Positions 25,601 to 38,968 of a stretch of 64,000 bases of DNA are shown piece after piece (position 1 is the stretch's first letter; every line of letters begins with the position of its first letter). The position numbers and the translations under genes were made by a program. The DNA is from Nemertoderma westbladi (lineage: Eukaryota; Animalia; Xenacoelomorpha): positions 1 through 64,000 of the forward strand of contig JAUCBJ010007585.1 in assembly GCA_032718475.1 (NCBI GenBank). Direction: 5' to 3'. The notes below the pieces were generated by a model. That model did no database searches, had not been told where the DNA came from, and was given only the letters and a program-made list of their open reading frames with translations.

Positions 25601-26552
25601 GTCTTTTTAAGTAAGATTAATTAATAGAATTGCAAACATTCACAAGTGGAATTATTAATTATATGGGAGAAAATATTATAGATTCAAAATATTAAAATCA
25701 AAATTACGGTGGCTGAACATGTTTAGGCCTGGGTCACACATGAGCTTTCAACTTTCAACATGGCGATTTTCACACATAAACAATAGGGCGGTGCGTTTTT
25801 TACTTTTTTTCGATTTCATTGTTCTACCGGTGCACAAAAGTTGCCAAATGGTAAAAAGTTACGGCAAAAAAAGTTTCTGTAAATTTTGTCTATATCTTCA
25901 CGGATCCCAAGGGGGTTCCAATTTTGAGCCATCGCGATGCACCATAATTAAATTTATAACTTATAACACATTGATGAAAGATCAATGACTCAAGAAAGAA
26001 CTTCCTGCATGCATAAAATGTCATCAAATGGGTCCAAACTTAGTTAGAAACCAATATTTTGATTTGTTGATCAAGGGAACTAGTGCCACAGGCACATGGG
26101 CAGAACCTACCATTTGGCGCAAGTGACGATTATTCTCAATTTTCGCCTGGCCACTTTTGTTCTCCTCTGCCTTAATATTATGCTCATTAGAACCGCAATG
26201 ACCGATTTAGTGGGGGTAGACACCTTCAAAAAAAGCATAGAGCGAATAGTTCTTGAGATATCGCAGAAAATGTGAAGTCCGGCACAAGTCTACATTACCG
26301 CCTTGATGCGATATGGATAAATATACTAAAAATGATACTTTGAATTATCTCAAGGAATCAATAATAGACACATCACAGAAAATGATCAACGTAGTGGGTG
26401 TAGACACCTTCAAAATAAGAGTAGAGTCAGTAGTTCTTGGGCTATTTTACAAAATGTCAAGACTATATCCACCAATTTATTGATACTTGATATTGAGATT
26501 TGAGTTGACCCATTCCACACATTTCGTACAAAAACTATAGTGAACTAATCAC

Positions 26553-29500
26553 TAGGCTGGGTTGAAAAAACCAAAATTTCGAATTTGACTTTTTCTGTAT
26601 GAAAAAACTGGCACATAGGTCCCAATAAAACACACAAAAAATATCTTTAAGTAATATTGATGTTTGACCCCCCCCCCCCACCGGCCAGTTAAAGTTTTTG
26701 GTTTGTTCAAAAATTTGACATTTTTGATCTCTAAAAAAAAAAAAAATAAAAAAATAAAAAAATAAAAAAACTCACTAGTGTTAATATTTAATGTAGATAC
26801 ATGTATCTATAATGTATATGTAAATACGCTTCGCAGAACATTATGTTTTCAGATGTAAACGAGTATTTTACCTAAAAACACCATCTGACCTCCCCACAAT
26901 GATGCTGAAAAATGAAATATTCTTGAAAAAAATTCAATGTAAATAATAAGACTGGTATATGTAAACCACTTCACATCAAAATTCCCAAATAAAAAATTAG
27001 AGCTGTATGGCAGTTCAGCTGAGAGTAGAGTAGTTAAGCTAAGACTACAAGTTACTGTATCTGCGCACATAAATGTATGCTAGAGCTATTAGTCACCGGT
27101 AAAGACCATGGGTGTGGAAACCAATTTGAACTGAGTTCAGCATAGAGTAGTAGGGTACCGTAGTTAAGCTAAGCCTACAAGTTACCATACTGTATCTGGA
27201 AATACAGTAGACGTATGCAAGAAATAATAGGCGCCAGTAGAGATCGGTAAATTGCGCTACTGCTGTACAGCAATAATATTATATACAGCAGTAGTGTAGC
27301 ACATTAGTCATTACCAAACTATGAGACTGATTCCACATTTCACGATTTTCAAACTCTTTGTAGTTGGTAATTAAAAAGTAGTTAGGCAAATCGCGTACCG
27401 GTACTATATTTTTCTTGAATATTTTGAATTCTGTAAACCAAAAGTTAAGACTGTATTACACTACCGACTTTAACTGTGTTAGTTATGTCAACCTTACTTC
27501 GTCACCGTGATGAATTTTTTGGTTATCCAAACCAATTTGTTGGCAACAAATTACCAACTGGCTTGGAATGCATGCAACATTTGTTGTATCTGAGAAATAA
27601 GGATGTTAATGGTGCAATGAACTTGAAAGTTGCAAGTCGATCTTGTGCTGCTAACCTCATTGATATATGGAAATACGCCAGCTTGCCAACTGTTTGTTCT
27701 GTTACCAACCTTGCAGAACGGATTTACAAACTCTACATTGAAAGTCGAGTTTTACTGCAAATTCCAGTTGGTCGACGAGAGAAAGAGGAGGTTTCTAAAC
27801 GATTTGGTGATTATCGAAACAAGATAACGAATCTGTTTGATATTTGTACCTGTCGATGCAGTTCTCCGAGGAACTGCAGTTGTAAAGCTTGGAATAAAAT
27901 CCATCCAAACGAGTGGGATTTTATTACAGATCAGCGGTCTACGAGATTGATGGTAATTTCTTCCAGTATTGATATTAAAGCAACGGAATCTCGAATTCGA
28001 GTTTAAATCGAAGTGATACGAAAAAAGGTGAAAATTCAATTGAAGTTTTGAATGACACTACCGTTGAAGTTGAAAACAGTTTATCATTGTCTGAGACCGA
28101 GGTTGATGTTGCTGATTTGGATGAAGAAAATGGCAATGATAAAACTGTGAAATATAAAGTTACTACAGGTACCAAACGAAAGACATTGTTTCTTCCAAAT
28201 GTTTCAATGATTGCTGATCGTTTTGGTGTGAGTGATCGGGGATCTGCAGGATTGTGTTCCGCTGTTTTGGCTGATATCGGTAGTGATATGGTAATCGATA
28301 AGTGCAAAATGAGAAGAGAGCGGGAGAAAGCTCGAAAACAAGTTGTTGATATTGAAGAAAATAATGAAATTTGTGGATTATATTTCGATGGACGAAAAGA
28401 TGATACTCTATTCAAATCTTGCACGGTTTCTAAAGAAGAACATTATGTATTAGTCCAAGAGCCAGGAACAGAATATATTGGGCATGTTGTACCTGATGAT
28501 GGTGGTTCTGAAGCTATAACAAGAGCTATCACAAGTGTCTTCGAAGTGAAACAGAAACCATTTGATAACCTTGTTGTTGGTTAGTTGTGAGTTTATTTGG
28601 CATCAGTATATGGTTTCATTATGGGTACATAAATAAATTAATTAATAAATTATATAAATAAATATAAATTAAATAATTATAAATTAAATAAATAAATAAA
28701 TTCGGAGGATGGCATTCACCCCTCTGGTCGGCACCACCGATGGAATCTGGTGCACCGAGGCCCAGATCCTCATCCGCCACCTCGCCGAGTCACTCGTGGC
28801 AAGGCGGGATGGTATGCGGGAGAGGGGCCTCGCGTGTGTTGGGGGGTGTCCGTCGGCGGCTCCAGTTCGCTCTCCTCCGGTCTAGCTCCCTCTGCCTCCG
28901 TGGCGGTCGTCGCCCATGGCGATGCTTGGGATTCGGCGACGGTGCGGGATTGCGCGGCAACGACCTTGCTGGGCAGTATTAGATCCATAAGTCAATCTGT
29001 TTTTATAATTATGTAAATATTAGTATAATTAATCAATTATTTATAATTATGTGTGTGGGTGAAGGGTTATACATACAATCTATATTTTATTGATGATCAT
29101 TATATCGATTATTTGTTCCAAATATTATATTAAAAACAATAAATAAATAAATAAATATAAATTAAATAAAAGAAATCAATATATTACATTACATAAATAA
29201 ATTAATAAATTATAAAAGTTGTTCTAGAACACAATGAATATTATAAAGTACCTTAATGTAAGTTACAGAATTTTTTTAAATTGTGTGACGGAATCTACTT
29301 ACAAGTACCTATAATACGTATTGATTTAGGATAGGTTTGATTTAGTATGGTTCAATATTGATACGTAGTAGTTTTACGATAATTTTTGTTTCAGTGTTTG
29401 TTTGTGTTATTTTGTTTCAGTTGGATGTGACAGTACCAACATCAATACAGGGTGGAAAACTGGTGTGATTGTCCGAATAGAAAGACATCTCAACAGACCT

Positions 29501-31177
29501 TTACAGAGAGCTATATGCTTTATACATATAAATGAACTTCCAATGAAACATTTAATTCATCATCTGGATGGCCCCACAACTGCATCCAACAGTTTTTCTG
29601 GACCGATTGGAAAGAATCTGTCATCATGCCACACCCTAGATGTTGTAGAATTTGTTCCTGTCCAAAACATAAATTTTCCAACTATTCCAGATGAAATATC
29701 TTCTGATTTCTCCAAAGACCAGAAATATTTATTCGATTTGTGTCATGTTGTCATGTCAGGTGTTCAAAGTGATGTACTTTCCAATAAACCAGGGCCGGTG
29801 AACCATTCTCGTTGGTTAACTACAGGATCCAGAATTCTCCGTTTATTTGTAGCAACATCGAATCCTTCATATTCTCTACAACGTCTCGTTAGCTATATTA
29901 TTAATATCTACGCTCCAATTTGGTTTAATGTTAGAAATAATTGGCAGCTTGAATATGGATCAGTTCACTACCTATCGCTTATTAAATTGTGCAATCAACA
30001 TTTAACCGATTCGGAGAAATTGATTGTTCTTCCAGTTCTGCAACACAGCGGTTATTATGCCCATTCTGAGAGTGTAATATTAGCCATGTTAGCAGATGAT
30101 GACGTTAGTGTTCGTAGAAGAGCTGGAGAAATCCTTCACCAAATCCGTATTAAAGAACTAGTTGAGCCTCTTTCTCTCAGAACATACCAAATACCTAAGA
30201 TAACTGGCAAAGAGCAATGCTTGGAGGCCCTTCTTGATTCTAATACAAGGTTGTATGTTCCACCACTGATAAAGTCGAGACCCTTATATCATTTGATAGA
30301 AGAACTAAAAGATGAGCCTATCATCTCAAACTACAAGTGCCATTCCCAACATGTTGAAAGAATGGTGCAAGAGGTTTCAAAAGCCTCTACAAAGGTAGTA
30401 GGAACTGAACGTCGGCATGGTGTTGTTAAACATAGACTTCGAAGCCAAAAGATGATGCCAGTTTTCGAGAGTAAGAAAGACTTTTCTCTGAAAATCAAGC
30501 TGAATTACTAATTGAACATGTTCTCAAAATTCGGGATAAACTGAAAGTGACTCAGTAATTCAATTTTCTACAGTAGCTCGAATTTCTACACTAATTTCTC
30601 AAATAGTTAATTAATAATTAGTAATGTCTATTATTTGTAAAATTTAATAAAAAATAGCTAAAAAAGCTGTAATATTTGAATAATAAATAATATTAATATA
30701 AGTAAAATTTAATCATTATTATTTACAGCTTGTAATAGTACTTTTAAACATGCCCTTAAATAGTTGTATTGTTCCTACAAAGATATTTTTCACTGTTATA
30801 TTGTGTATTGATTTGCAATTAGTTTACATGAAATATTAGTTTTTTTCTAGAATATTGTATTTTTCAGCGTCATTGTGGGGAGGTCGGATTATATTTTTTG
30901 GTAAAATACTCGTTTACATCTGAAAATATGCTGTACTATGAAGTATATTAACCATAAGAAAACTAATAACATTAACAAACAACATTTAGTGCTGTTTTGA
31001 TATGAACGATTTCTAAAATTTGAAGAGAAAAACCGAAACTTTAATTGGCCGGTGGGGGGTATCAAACATCAATATTACTTAAAGATATTTTTTGTGAGTT
31101 TTATTGGGACATATGTGCCAGTTTATTTAATACAGAAAAAGTTAAATTCGAAATTTTGGTTTTTTCAACCCAGCCTA
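26553..31177 (+). mobile_element. hAT-superfamily (hATm-like) DNA transposon, full length
   Basis: TIRs start TAGGCTGGGTTGAAAAAACCAAAATTTCGAATTT (imperfect, ~390 bp); 8-bp TSD CTAATCAC at 26545-26552 and 31178-31185. Confidence 0.92.
27485..30511 (+). pseudogene. hAT-type transposase (frameshift at ~28000; 841-bp interruption at 28580-29420)
   Basis: LFDICTCRC, GLYFDGRKDDT, GCDSTNINTG, ICFIHINELP, PGPVNHSRWLT, CHSQHVERMV motifs. Confidence 0.88.
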
Positions 31178-31702
31178 CTAATCACTACTCTTTAATTTTG
31201 AAGGTGTCTGTTTGCAGTGATGATTTGTTTCAGTGATGTGTATATTTTTGATGCCTTAAGATAATTCAAAGTATCATTGTTAGTGTATTTGCCCATATCG
31301 CTTCAAGGCGGTAGTGTAGACTTGTGCCGGACTTCACTTTTTCTGCGATATCTCTAGAACTATTTGCTCTACGTTAGTTTTGAAGGTGTCTACCCCCACT
31401 ACCCCCACACTTTCTACTTTCAACTTTCAAAATGCACTTGTCCAATGGATGTTCTATCTTACTTGAAAGTGGAAAACTGGCATTTCCAGCATTGCAAACC
31501 AATCAGAGGGTAATGTTTATCAAATTATAGTAGCTACAGTATATAACATTAACAAGTTTTTTTAACAACATATTTTAACAAGTTTGGATCGAAGACTTTG
31601 ATATAGTGGTGTATAATGGAATCGCAAGCAACAATTATTGAATCTGTCGATCATACATAGTTCATACTACTAGGATCGGCATGCTGCATTGCAGCTGCAT
31701 TT

Positions 31703-31910
31703 TTAAGAATGCTGTGCCGGCTTGTCAACAAAATTGCACCGCCACAACTCCCTATCACCCATGACATTTGCTAGATCATCCGCATCTTTAAGGCCAGTGT
31801 CCTTTAAGATGCGTCTCAAGAAAGTCATGGGCTGTCCACCATGCTTATTCACTCCATGAGGCTGCCAAAGTACAAGATTATGCACTGGCTGGTCCTCACG
31901 GCGAAAGCAT
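31703..31910 (-). mobile_element. RTE-clade LINE 3' fragment
   Basis: CFRREDQPVHNLVLWQP.G....GGQPMTF...I.KDTGL.....L...M.DRELWR. Confidence 0.75.
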
Positions 31911-32617
31911 AGTTCATAGCAATCGTTGAAGGCTGTTGAGGAATATACGGATCATACAGAGACATAAAATTGTTGAACCTACATCCACATCATCATATGT
32001 TGAAACTGACAATGGAAAATCGATATTACGTTGAAGCAAACGCCTCGAATGGAAATCTAACAATAAACATTAACGATTAGGTACACAGACCTTCATTAAT
32101 CTCGCATGGTTGGTTAATCGTCTTTGTATAATTTATATATATCTATAAAGACTCGGTGGAGGTGTGGTATTATAAAGGTAGTATGTTGTTACTTTACACA
32201 TAACTACCGGTAAATCCCATCTTGGCGAATTTATATCCTGCCTCAATGTTAAATTCTCAATTTAGGGAAAGGAGCGGGTTACAGTGACACGTTATTTTAA
32301 CCAATACAATAACTTAAACACAAGAGAACAGGTTACAGTTTTATTTTTGAGAGTATTGAGCTGTTATTTGCGTCGAATTTCCCCTGGAGAGGGATGAATT
32401 TTGATTGCGCTTGAAATGTATAGTGCTTATTATAACTGGGATAAAATCAGTTATGGGGATAATTAGCACCTATGTAGTTTCTATAAATAATGTTTAATTA
32501 TTATATTAATATATAATATTGCAAGAGTACTGTAAGGAAATAATCACACCTGGTTTGTTGCTATGGAGAAATTTATCGTTCTCCAATCAGAACTAACTCT
32601 GTCCTTGTATTGCAAAC

Positions 32618-32879
32618 AATAATAATAATAATAATAATAATATTGGTTATTTATATAGCGCTTTTCTACGCTCAGCATACTCAAAGCGCTTTTATTATCA
32701 TTACCCTAGCAAAGCCAGGTTCCCATTATACCGCTGGGTTGACGTAGGCACTAATGTCTAAAGGTGCCTAGGGACACAACAGTGCGAAATTTCTACAGCC
32801 TTTAGTCGGATTCGAACCTGCACCACCAAACACTATTGTGTAAGCAGTTCAGGCGCCGTATCCACTCGGACACTGCGAC
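32618..32879 (-). mobile_element. tRNA-derived SINE
   Basis: Minus strand: A-box GTGTCCGAGTGG, B-box GGTTCGAATCC, central CAACCCAGCGGTATAATGGGAACC, L2-like tail AAAGCGCTATATAAAT followed by (ATT)n. Confidence 0.85.
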
Positions 32880-33109
32880 ATCTAAACTAAACAATCACTA
32901 CTTAAGATCTAATATTGAGAGTTGAGTAAGTTATATTGCAAATTTAAATGTATAAAATTCAGCAAATTAGCAGTAAATAAGTGATAAATAATTATGTTAA
33001 CAATAACACTTTATAAATAAATTATAATAGCATAGTACAAACATGCTTATTGTGACTGGGACTGACTACATACTGGTAGACTTTAAATTCCGTAAAACTT
33101 GCACTACGG

Positions 33110-33455
33110 AGACTGATTGAAGGAATTAAGTCGAAGAATCTCCCCGCAGTCATGACTTTTGTGGACTTCAAGAAGGCATTCGACTCCATCCATAGAGGCA
33201 AAATGCTTGAAATCCTAAGAGCTTATGGAATACCAGAAGTAATTCTTGCTGGCATTGGATTGTTATATTGTGACACAGAAGCGCAGGTACTCTCACCAGA
33301 TGGTTAAACTGAGTTTTTCTCAATCCTGGCTGGCGTACTGCAAGGTGACACATTAGCACCATTACTATTTGTAATTGTGCTGGATTACGCAATGAGGACA
33401 GCCACAAAGGGTGAAGACCTGGGATTCACACTTCAAGAACGCAGACGTCGCGTGT
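33110..33455 (+). mobile_element. RTE-clade LINE RT fragment
   Basis: FVDFKKAFDSIHR..ILRAYGIP..GVLQGDTLAPLLFVIVLDYAMR. Confidence 0.88.
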
Positions 33456-35342
33456 CGCACGCGTCGCAAAACAAGACCCATTGTTTATTGCAAAGAAGCA
33501 TTCGAAGTTGGATTTGTGCCATGAATTTAGCGCTTACGATATTCGATTGTGAAAGATAAGATTTTTGAATGGCATGTTTTGATGTTGGACATTTTACTTC
33601 TACCACATGTGTTGGTGTAATGGCATCTGAAATTGCATCAAAAAATTAAGATTTTGTGGTATTTTATAAAAACACTAGCTACATTATTAAAACAGTACAT
33701 ACCATTGAAAACACTAGCTACCACAAACATTTGTTTTCATTTTCTTTAAAACATTTTTTTTTCACATGTAACTAGCCAAAATATGTCAGGAACATAAATC
33801 AATAGCCCAAAACATTATGTTTTGGTATTTTTTTGGTATTTTGATATTTTTGGATGTCAAACCAAAAACAGCTATTATGAAAATAAGAATAATGGTGACA
33901 CGACGGGCAACACTAGTACCAGAAGCAGTAACACTTTACAGTGAACTGACAAAAAAAACTAAAACTAAATCATATCCATCTAGTGCTAATCCACCCATCC
34001 CACATTGTTCCCTGTAAAAACAATTAAAAAAATAATAGATTAATGATACGCCTGGAAGTATTTAGCTAGCAAAAATTTTTTTTAGCTACATACAGCTCTA
34101 CGGTACAGGTATGGGCGAAATTAATATTATTCTAGAATAATTAACTTGATATGAATAATTTGCCTCCATACCGCTATCCTATAATCGATTCTTAACGCAA
34201 CACAAATACACATCCAAATAAATACTTAGCTACATTTATTATTTGTTTTATTTTAGATACTGTAATATTATACTTTATATTAGCCAATCAACAGCGCTTG
34301 ACGACTGTTGCTGTGTTATGGCTGACGTCACTCGTGCAGTTTTCTGAAATGGCCTAATTTTTCGATGTTGCTAATTTTGGCTTTTTAAAATTGCTATAAC
34401 TCGGCCAATATTATTTTTTTGAAGTAAAATTGCTCTCTGGGTTTTTTTTCCCGCTCTTTCATATGAAACCAACGAAAACTCGAAAAAAAATTTCCGAGTC
34501 GTCTACCGCATTAAACAAACTCTCAAACTCTTAAAAACTGTAACAACTCGGTAGCGTAATAATGTATTCAACTAGTTTGTGAAGTAAATTATTATCCTAC
34601 ACTTACTATTTCTCACTGGGACTTTCATCTTTGAGGATTTACTTCCATGTTCGTCTTCACCATGTTGCCGTGTTATAGGATGAGGAACAACGCGTTCCAC
34701 ATTATTACCGCTGAAGATAAATTCTCATTCTCTTGGTCTTCATTTTTGCTGCTGTCCGAATCGCTGTCGCCAGATGATTCTAAGATGAAAAAATATTAAT
34801 AATATATAAAGTATAAATGGTAGAGTTAATGGTGAAAAATATCGAGACTTGAAAAATATCGAGAGCAAAAATAATTGCTCGATCCTCACAACTTTTCGTT
34901 TTTTTTTCGAATTTTCTTAAATGAACATTTCTATTGAGCAATGGTGAGCAAGCGTGGGGACTTTTCATGAGGCTACCTCTGGATATTATAGAAGCAAACA
35001 TTTTTGCGACACGTTTTCCTTACTGCTTTTCCATGGCCTAGCTCTTGTGTGGTTTATTGCATGTTTTACTTTAGTTTTAGCACTTTTATTTTAAACGTAT
35101 CTGGGGATATTCACCCCAATCCAGGCCCCTCTCTTCCATCTATTAAAGTTATTATTATGTGTTTGAATAAAGAAAGTTATGTAATTAATTAGTTTACTAA
35201 CAAACATATATATTAGTGGCCTACTTTCCTTCCATCACCTTATATAACTAATCGCACTCAACATTAACTTTAACCAAAGTTCAAACATACTGAGTTAAAC
35301 CATACAGCTGTATTAATAAGAGTCAATATAAATAAATACCCA

Positions 35343-38324
35343 TTACACATTTCCCCCACAAGAGTCCCCCTTTATCACTTTTACGTCCCTTACGTTGACA
35401 CTTCTTCCGTCATCTAAAATAACTACCTGTCCATAAGGGCGAGCAGCAACAACGCCAGGTTTATCATACTGAGCTGCCAATTTTGGCTTAATACCTCTTG
35501 CTCGAACTATTATGGTTTCTCCAACTTGCGGTCCGATAAATTGAGTCTCTTTTGATGGCCAATATTTAACTGGGGGTGTTCCAATTATCCCAGTTATCTT
35601 TTCGATAGGTGATGTTCCAGTTGTTTCGTGGACTTGGCGGTTAATATTGTAGACCGCTTCTTGCAGATTATCAATCCAAACACCTTTCATGGACCTAAGT
35701 CTATCATTGAGAGTTCTATGAACGCGTTCACATACTGAGTTCCCTTCAGGGTGGTAGCTTGTTGTATGTTTTGAGGTAATTTCACAACGCTGGACAATGT
35801 TGTTGAACACATTACTTAAAAATCGGGTGCCACGGTCAGATAAGAGAGTACGTGGTGGTCCAAATTTATAAACCCAATTATCTAAGAAATTTTTACCAAT
35901 TGTTTGAGCATCTGTATTTGTTAAAGGCGAAGCTACTAAATATTTTGTTGCATGATCAATAATTGTTAATATAGACATATACCCAGAACGTTGGCGAGGT
36001 AGAGGTCCAACAATATCTATTGCAACATATTGAAATGGAACTACTTCAGGTGCTTTAGGTAAAGATTCTTGCTTAGGTAAAAACTGACGATATGATTTTT
36101 GGGAGGCGCATACTCGGCATCCCAATACGATATCTCGAATTAGTTTTCGCAAATCCGAGCACCATAATCCAGCTGACAATATACTCAAGCGAGTCTTTTT
36201 TGTTCCAAAATGACCTGCCTCATGAAACTGAGTTATTACCTTTCGTATTTCTTGTTTGGGTATTACGATTCGATTAAAATAATATAGTACTCCATTTACT
36301 ACGTTATAGTTTTGTCTAGGATTTTCCAATATTTCAACTAATTTTATATCCTTTAATTGATCTTCTCGCCAATTTGTTTCCATTGTAACAGCTGTCGCCG
36401 CACAAAGATGAGAAGGAATAAATTCTTCAGCATTTGGTTTCAATTTCACTATTGCTCTACTAAGAGCATCTGGGACTATATTATCCTTTCCAGGGCGGAA
36501 ATGCATATTAAATTGATAATCAGATAGTGTATCTCGCCATCTGGCTTGCCTAGCATTGTGTGCAGTTCCATGCACTAATGACAACAAGGGTTTATGATCT
36601 GTATATATGTCAAATAATCGCCCATACAAAAAAGGATGATATTTCTTTACAGCCCAGACTAATGCCAAAAATTATCTATCGGTTGTAGAGTATCGTTGTT
36701 CCGTCGGAGTTAACTTTCTACTGCCAAATGCAATCGGTTTTTGCACACCACATTTTTCTTGTGACAATACTGCACCTAAACCAATTGAACTAGCATCAGT
36801 AGACAATTGAAAATCTAATGTAAAATCGGGTAAATCCAGCACTGGGTGGGTTTGTAATGCCTCTTTGAGTCTATCAAACGCTAACTGGCAATCAATACTC
36901 CAAACGAAATCTTTGGGTTTCCCAGATTGTATAGAATATAAAGGGGAAGCAATTGTTGAAAAGTTTTCAATAAACCTGCTATAAAATTTAACCATGCCTG
37001 TGAATGTCTGAACTTCTTTTTGACAACCAGGTTTTGGATAACTGATAATGGAAGATACTTTTTCAGGGTCCGATGTTATCGTACCATTCCCCACTATGTA
37101 CCCAAATACTCTCACAGATTTTTTTCCAAATATACATTTCTTTGGATTTAATTTCAAACCATCACGTCGCATTCTTTCAAATGCGGCTTTAATCATTTGT
37201 AGATGGTCCTCTATAGAACGACTAGATAACGTGATGTCGTCTTGATATGGAGGGACATTAGAGATATTCTGCATAGTTTTTGATATTTCGCGTTGAAATT
37301 TTGGTCCTGAATTACACCATCCAAACGGTACGACAGTGAATTGATATAAATTGTCACCCGCTTGAAATGCTGTCTTTGGTCGTGATTCCTCATCCAATGG
37401 TATTTGCCAATACGCAGATTGTAAATCTAAGGTAGAAATCACATTGGCATTAGCTAACTCATCAAGGATATCATCAATTCGAGGTAATGGAAATTGGTCA
37501 CGTATAGTAATATCATTTAACTTTTTATAATTAACAACGAAACGTTTTTCACCTCCATTCGGACGATTTACTAAAAGGCAAGGAAATGCCCAGGGAGAAC
37601 TACTGTGCTCTATGACATCCATTTTCAGCATTTTATCCACATGTTCCAGTATTTCCTTGGTCTCGGCTGGGCTCTTTCTATATGACCTAATATATATCGG
37701 ATCATTATTTTGGGTTTCTATTTTTACATTAGCTTCAATATGATGTCCCAAATCTGAAGAATCCCTTGCAAATATATCCGAAAATTCCCAACATAATTCT
37801 TTCAAATTTTCTACCTCTTTAGATGACCAGCTCATCGGGAATTCAAAATTGTTTAAGAAATCCCGTTTTACTAAGATGTTGTTCTCATTTTTGTCATTTA
37901 TAGCCACTGCACAACAACCTTTGTTGTTATCATATGGGAAAGAAATTTCCATTTTTCCAAAATCGATAACAATTTTCAAGGACATTAATATATCCTTGCC
38001 TAATATAACTTCGAAATCGTTACTTGGCATCACAAATCCAAACCATTGACAAGTAACACGATCCCCTATACGAAACTCAAAATACCCGTATTCCGTCACA
38101 GTAAAATTAAAACTACCCAGAGTTGTGAACAACTTTCGAGGTCCACTCCTTATTTGTAATGCAGCTTCTCTAAAAAATTTTAAATCAGGCACAAAACTAT
38201 AATCAGATCCAGAATCTATTGATGTTTTACAATTCTTACTCACACCTGTCACCCACACTGTTGTAGATAAGGCTGGCAATGACATTAATTTCCCGGTGTC
38301 ATTGACAGCCCCGACCCGTTTTTT
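35343..38324 (-). CDS. pol: Gypsy Pol (PR-RT-RH-IN), entered by -1 frameshift; one premature TAA at 36672
   Basis: IDSGSD (PR), LDLQSAYWQI and YQDD (RT), TDASSIGLGAVL (RH), H..GH..C..C, DIVGP, SDRG and YHPEGN..ER (IN). Slippery AAAAAAC at 38318-38324. DR*FLALVW where DRE is expected. Confidence 0.92.
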
Positions 38325-38968
38325 GGTTTATTTCTACAAACAGATGCTACATGATTCATTTCACCACATTTATAACATACCTTTCCTTTCCAACAACGTT
38401 GTGCTGAATGGTTACGCTTTCCACATTTGAGGCACTGAATTTCTGACGACTTTGTTGCTGCACATTGCCACTTAATTTCTTCATCTGGTAAACTTTGTAT
38501 GAAAGCCGCTACCTCCTGAGGTGGCGTATTTTTGTTACTGTACATCCATGCTTGTATGGTCGGACGTATGTTAGCGTTATTGGAACTCACCAAACGTTGA
38601 ACAATTGCATCATCTTGCAAATTCAGATAATATGCTAGAAAGCGTAACCTTTGTAAACTAGTCATTATATGTGATGGTTGTTCAGTTTTTAACTCGGTAA
38701 ATTCTGCAGCCGGGTCAATTGGTCGTTTTTGTCGATACCATTCTACTTTAATTGCCTCAAACGCAGTTTTTAATGTAGTACGACCATCTTCGAATTTATA
38801 TTCCAATATTGATAATAATCCCTCTGATAAAAATTGTGGTAACAAAGTAACCATTTCTTTGCCATTTGTGGATTCGTCATATTTCTTTCGAATAAACCAT
38901 GCTTCCACTTGACGTGCCCATGCGGTGTACGATATTGATTCCACAGATAAGATTGGTATACCCGACAT
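38285..38968 (-). CDS. gag: Gypsy Gag with two CCHC zinc knuckles
   Basis: CLKCGKRNHSAQRC and CYKCGEMNHVASVC; ATG just downstream of the PBS. Confidence 0.9.
   Translation of the reverse strand: MSGIPILSVESISYTAWARQVEAWFIRKKYDESTNGKEMVTLLPQFLSEGLLSILEYKFEDGRTTLKTAFEAIKVEWYRQKRPIDPAAEFTELKTEQPSHIMTSLQRLRFLAYYLNLQDDAIVQRLVSSNNANIRPTIQAWMYSNKNTPPQEVAAFIQSLPDEEIKWQCAATKSSEIQCLKCGKRNHSAQRCWKGKVCYKCGEMNHVASVCRNKPKNGSGLSMTPGN

Larger units (their letters stand above)
26209..31400. repeat. Foldback/MITE-like element (arms ~26209-26356 and ~31255-31400) interrupted by the hAT transposon
   Basis: TAGTGGGGGTAGACACCTTCAAAA...AAGTCCGGCACAAGTCTAC...TGATACTTTGAATTATC is matched in reverse complement at 31255-31400. 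Confidence 0.8.

Noticed and set aside
28740-29016. GC-rich short ORFs as a passenger gene in the hAT element
   Set aside because: Open frames on both strands are explained by local GC content; no motif.
32790-32879. tRNA gene
   Set aside because: A and B boxes are present, but I cannot fold a clean cloverleaf and the sequence continues into a SINE body and (ATT)n tail.
34300-34515. Kolobok/piggyBac-like terminus ending ...GTCTACCGCATTAA
   Set aside because: No matching second terminus or TSD could be located.
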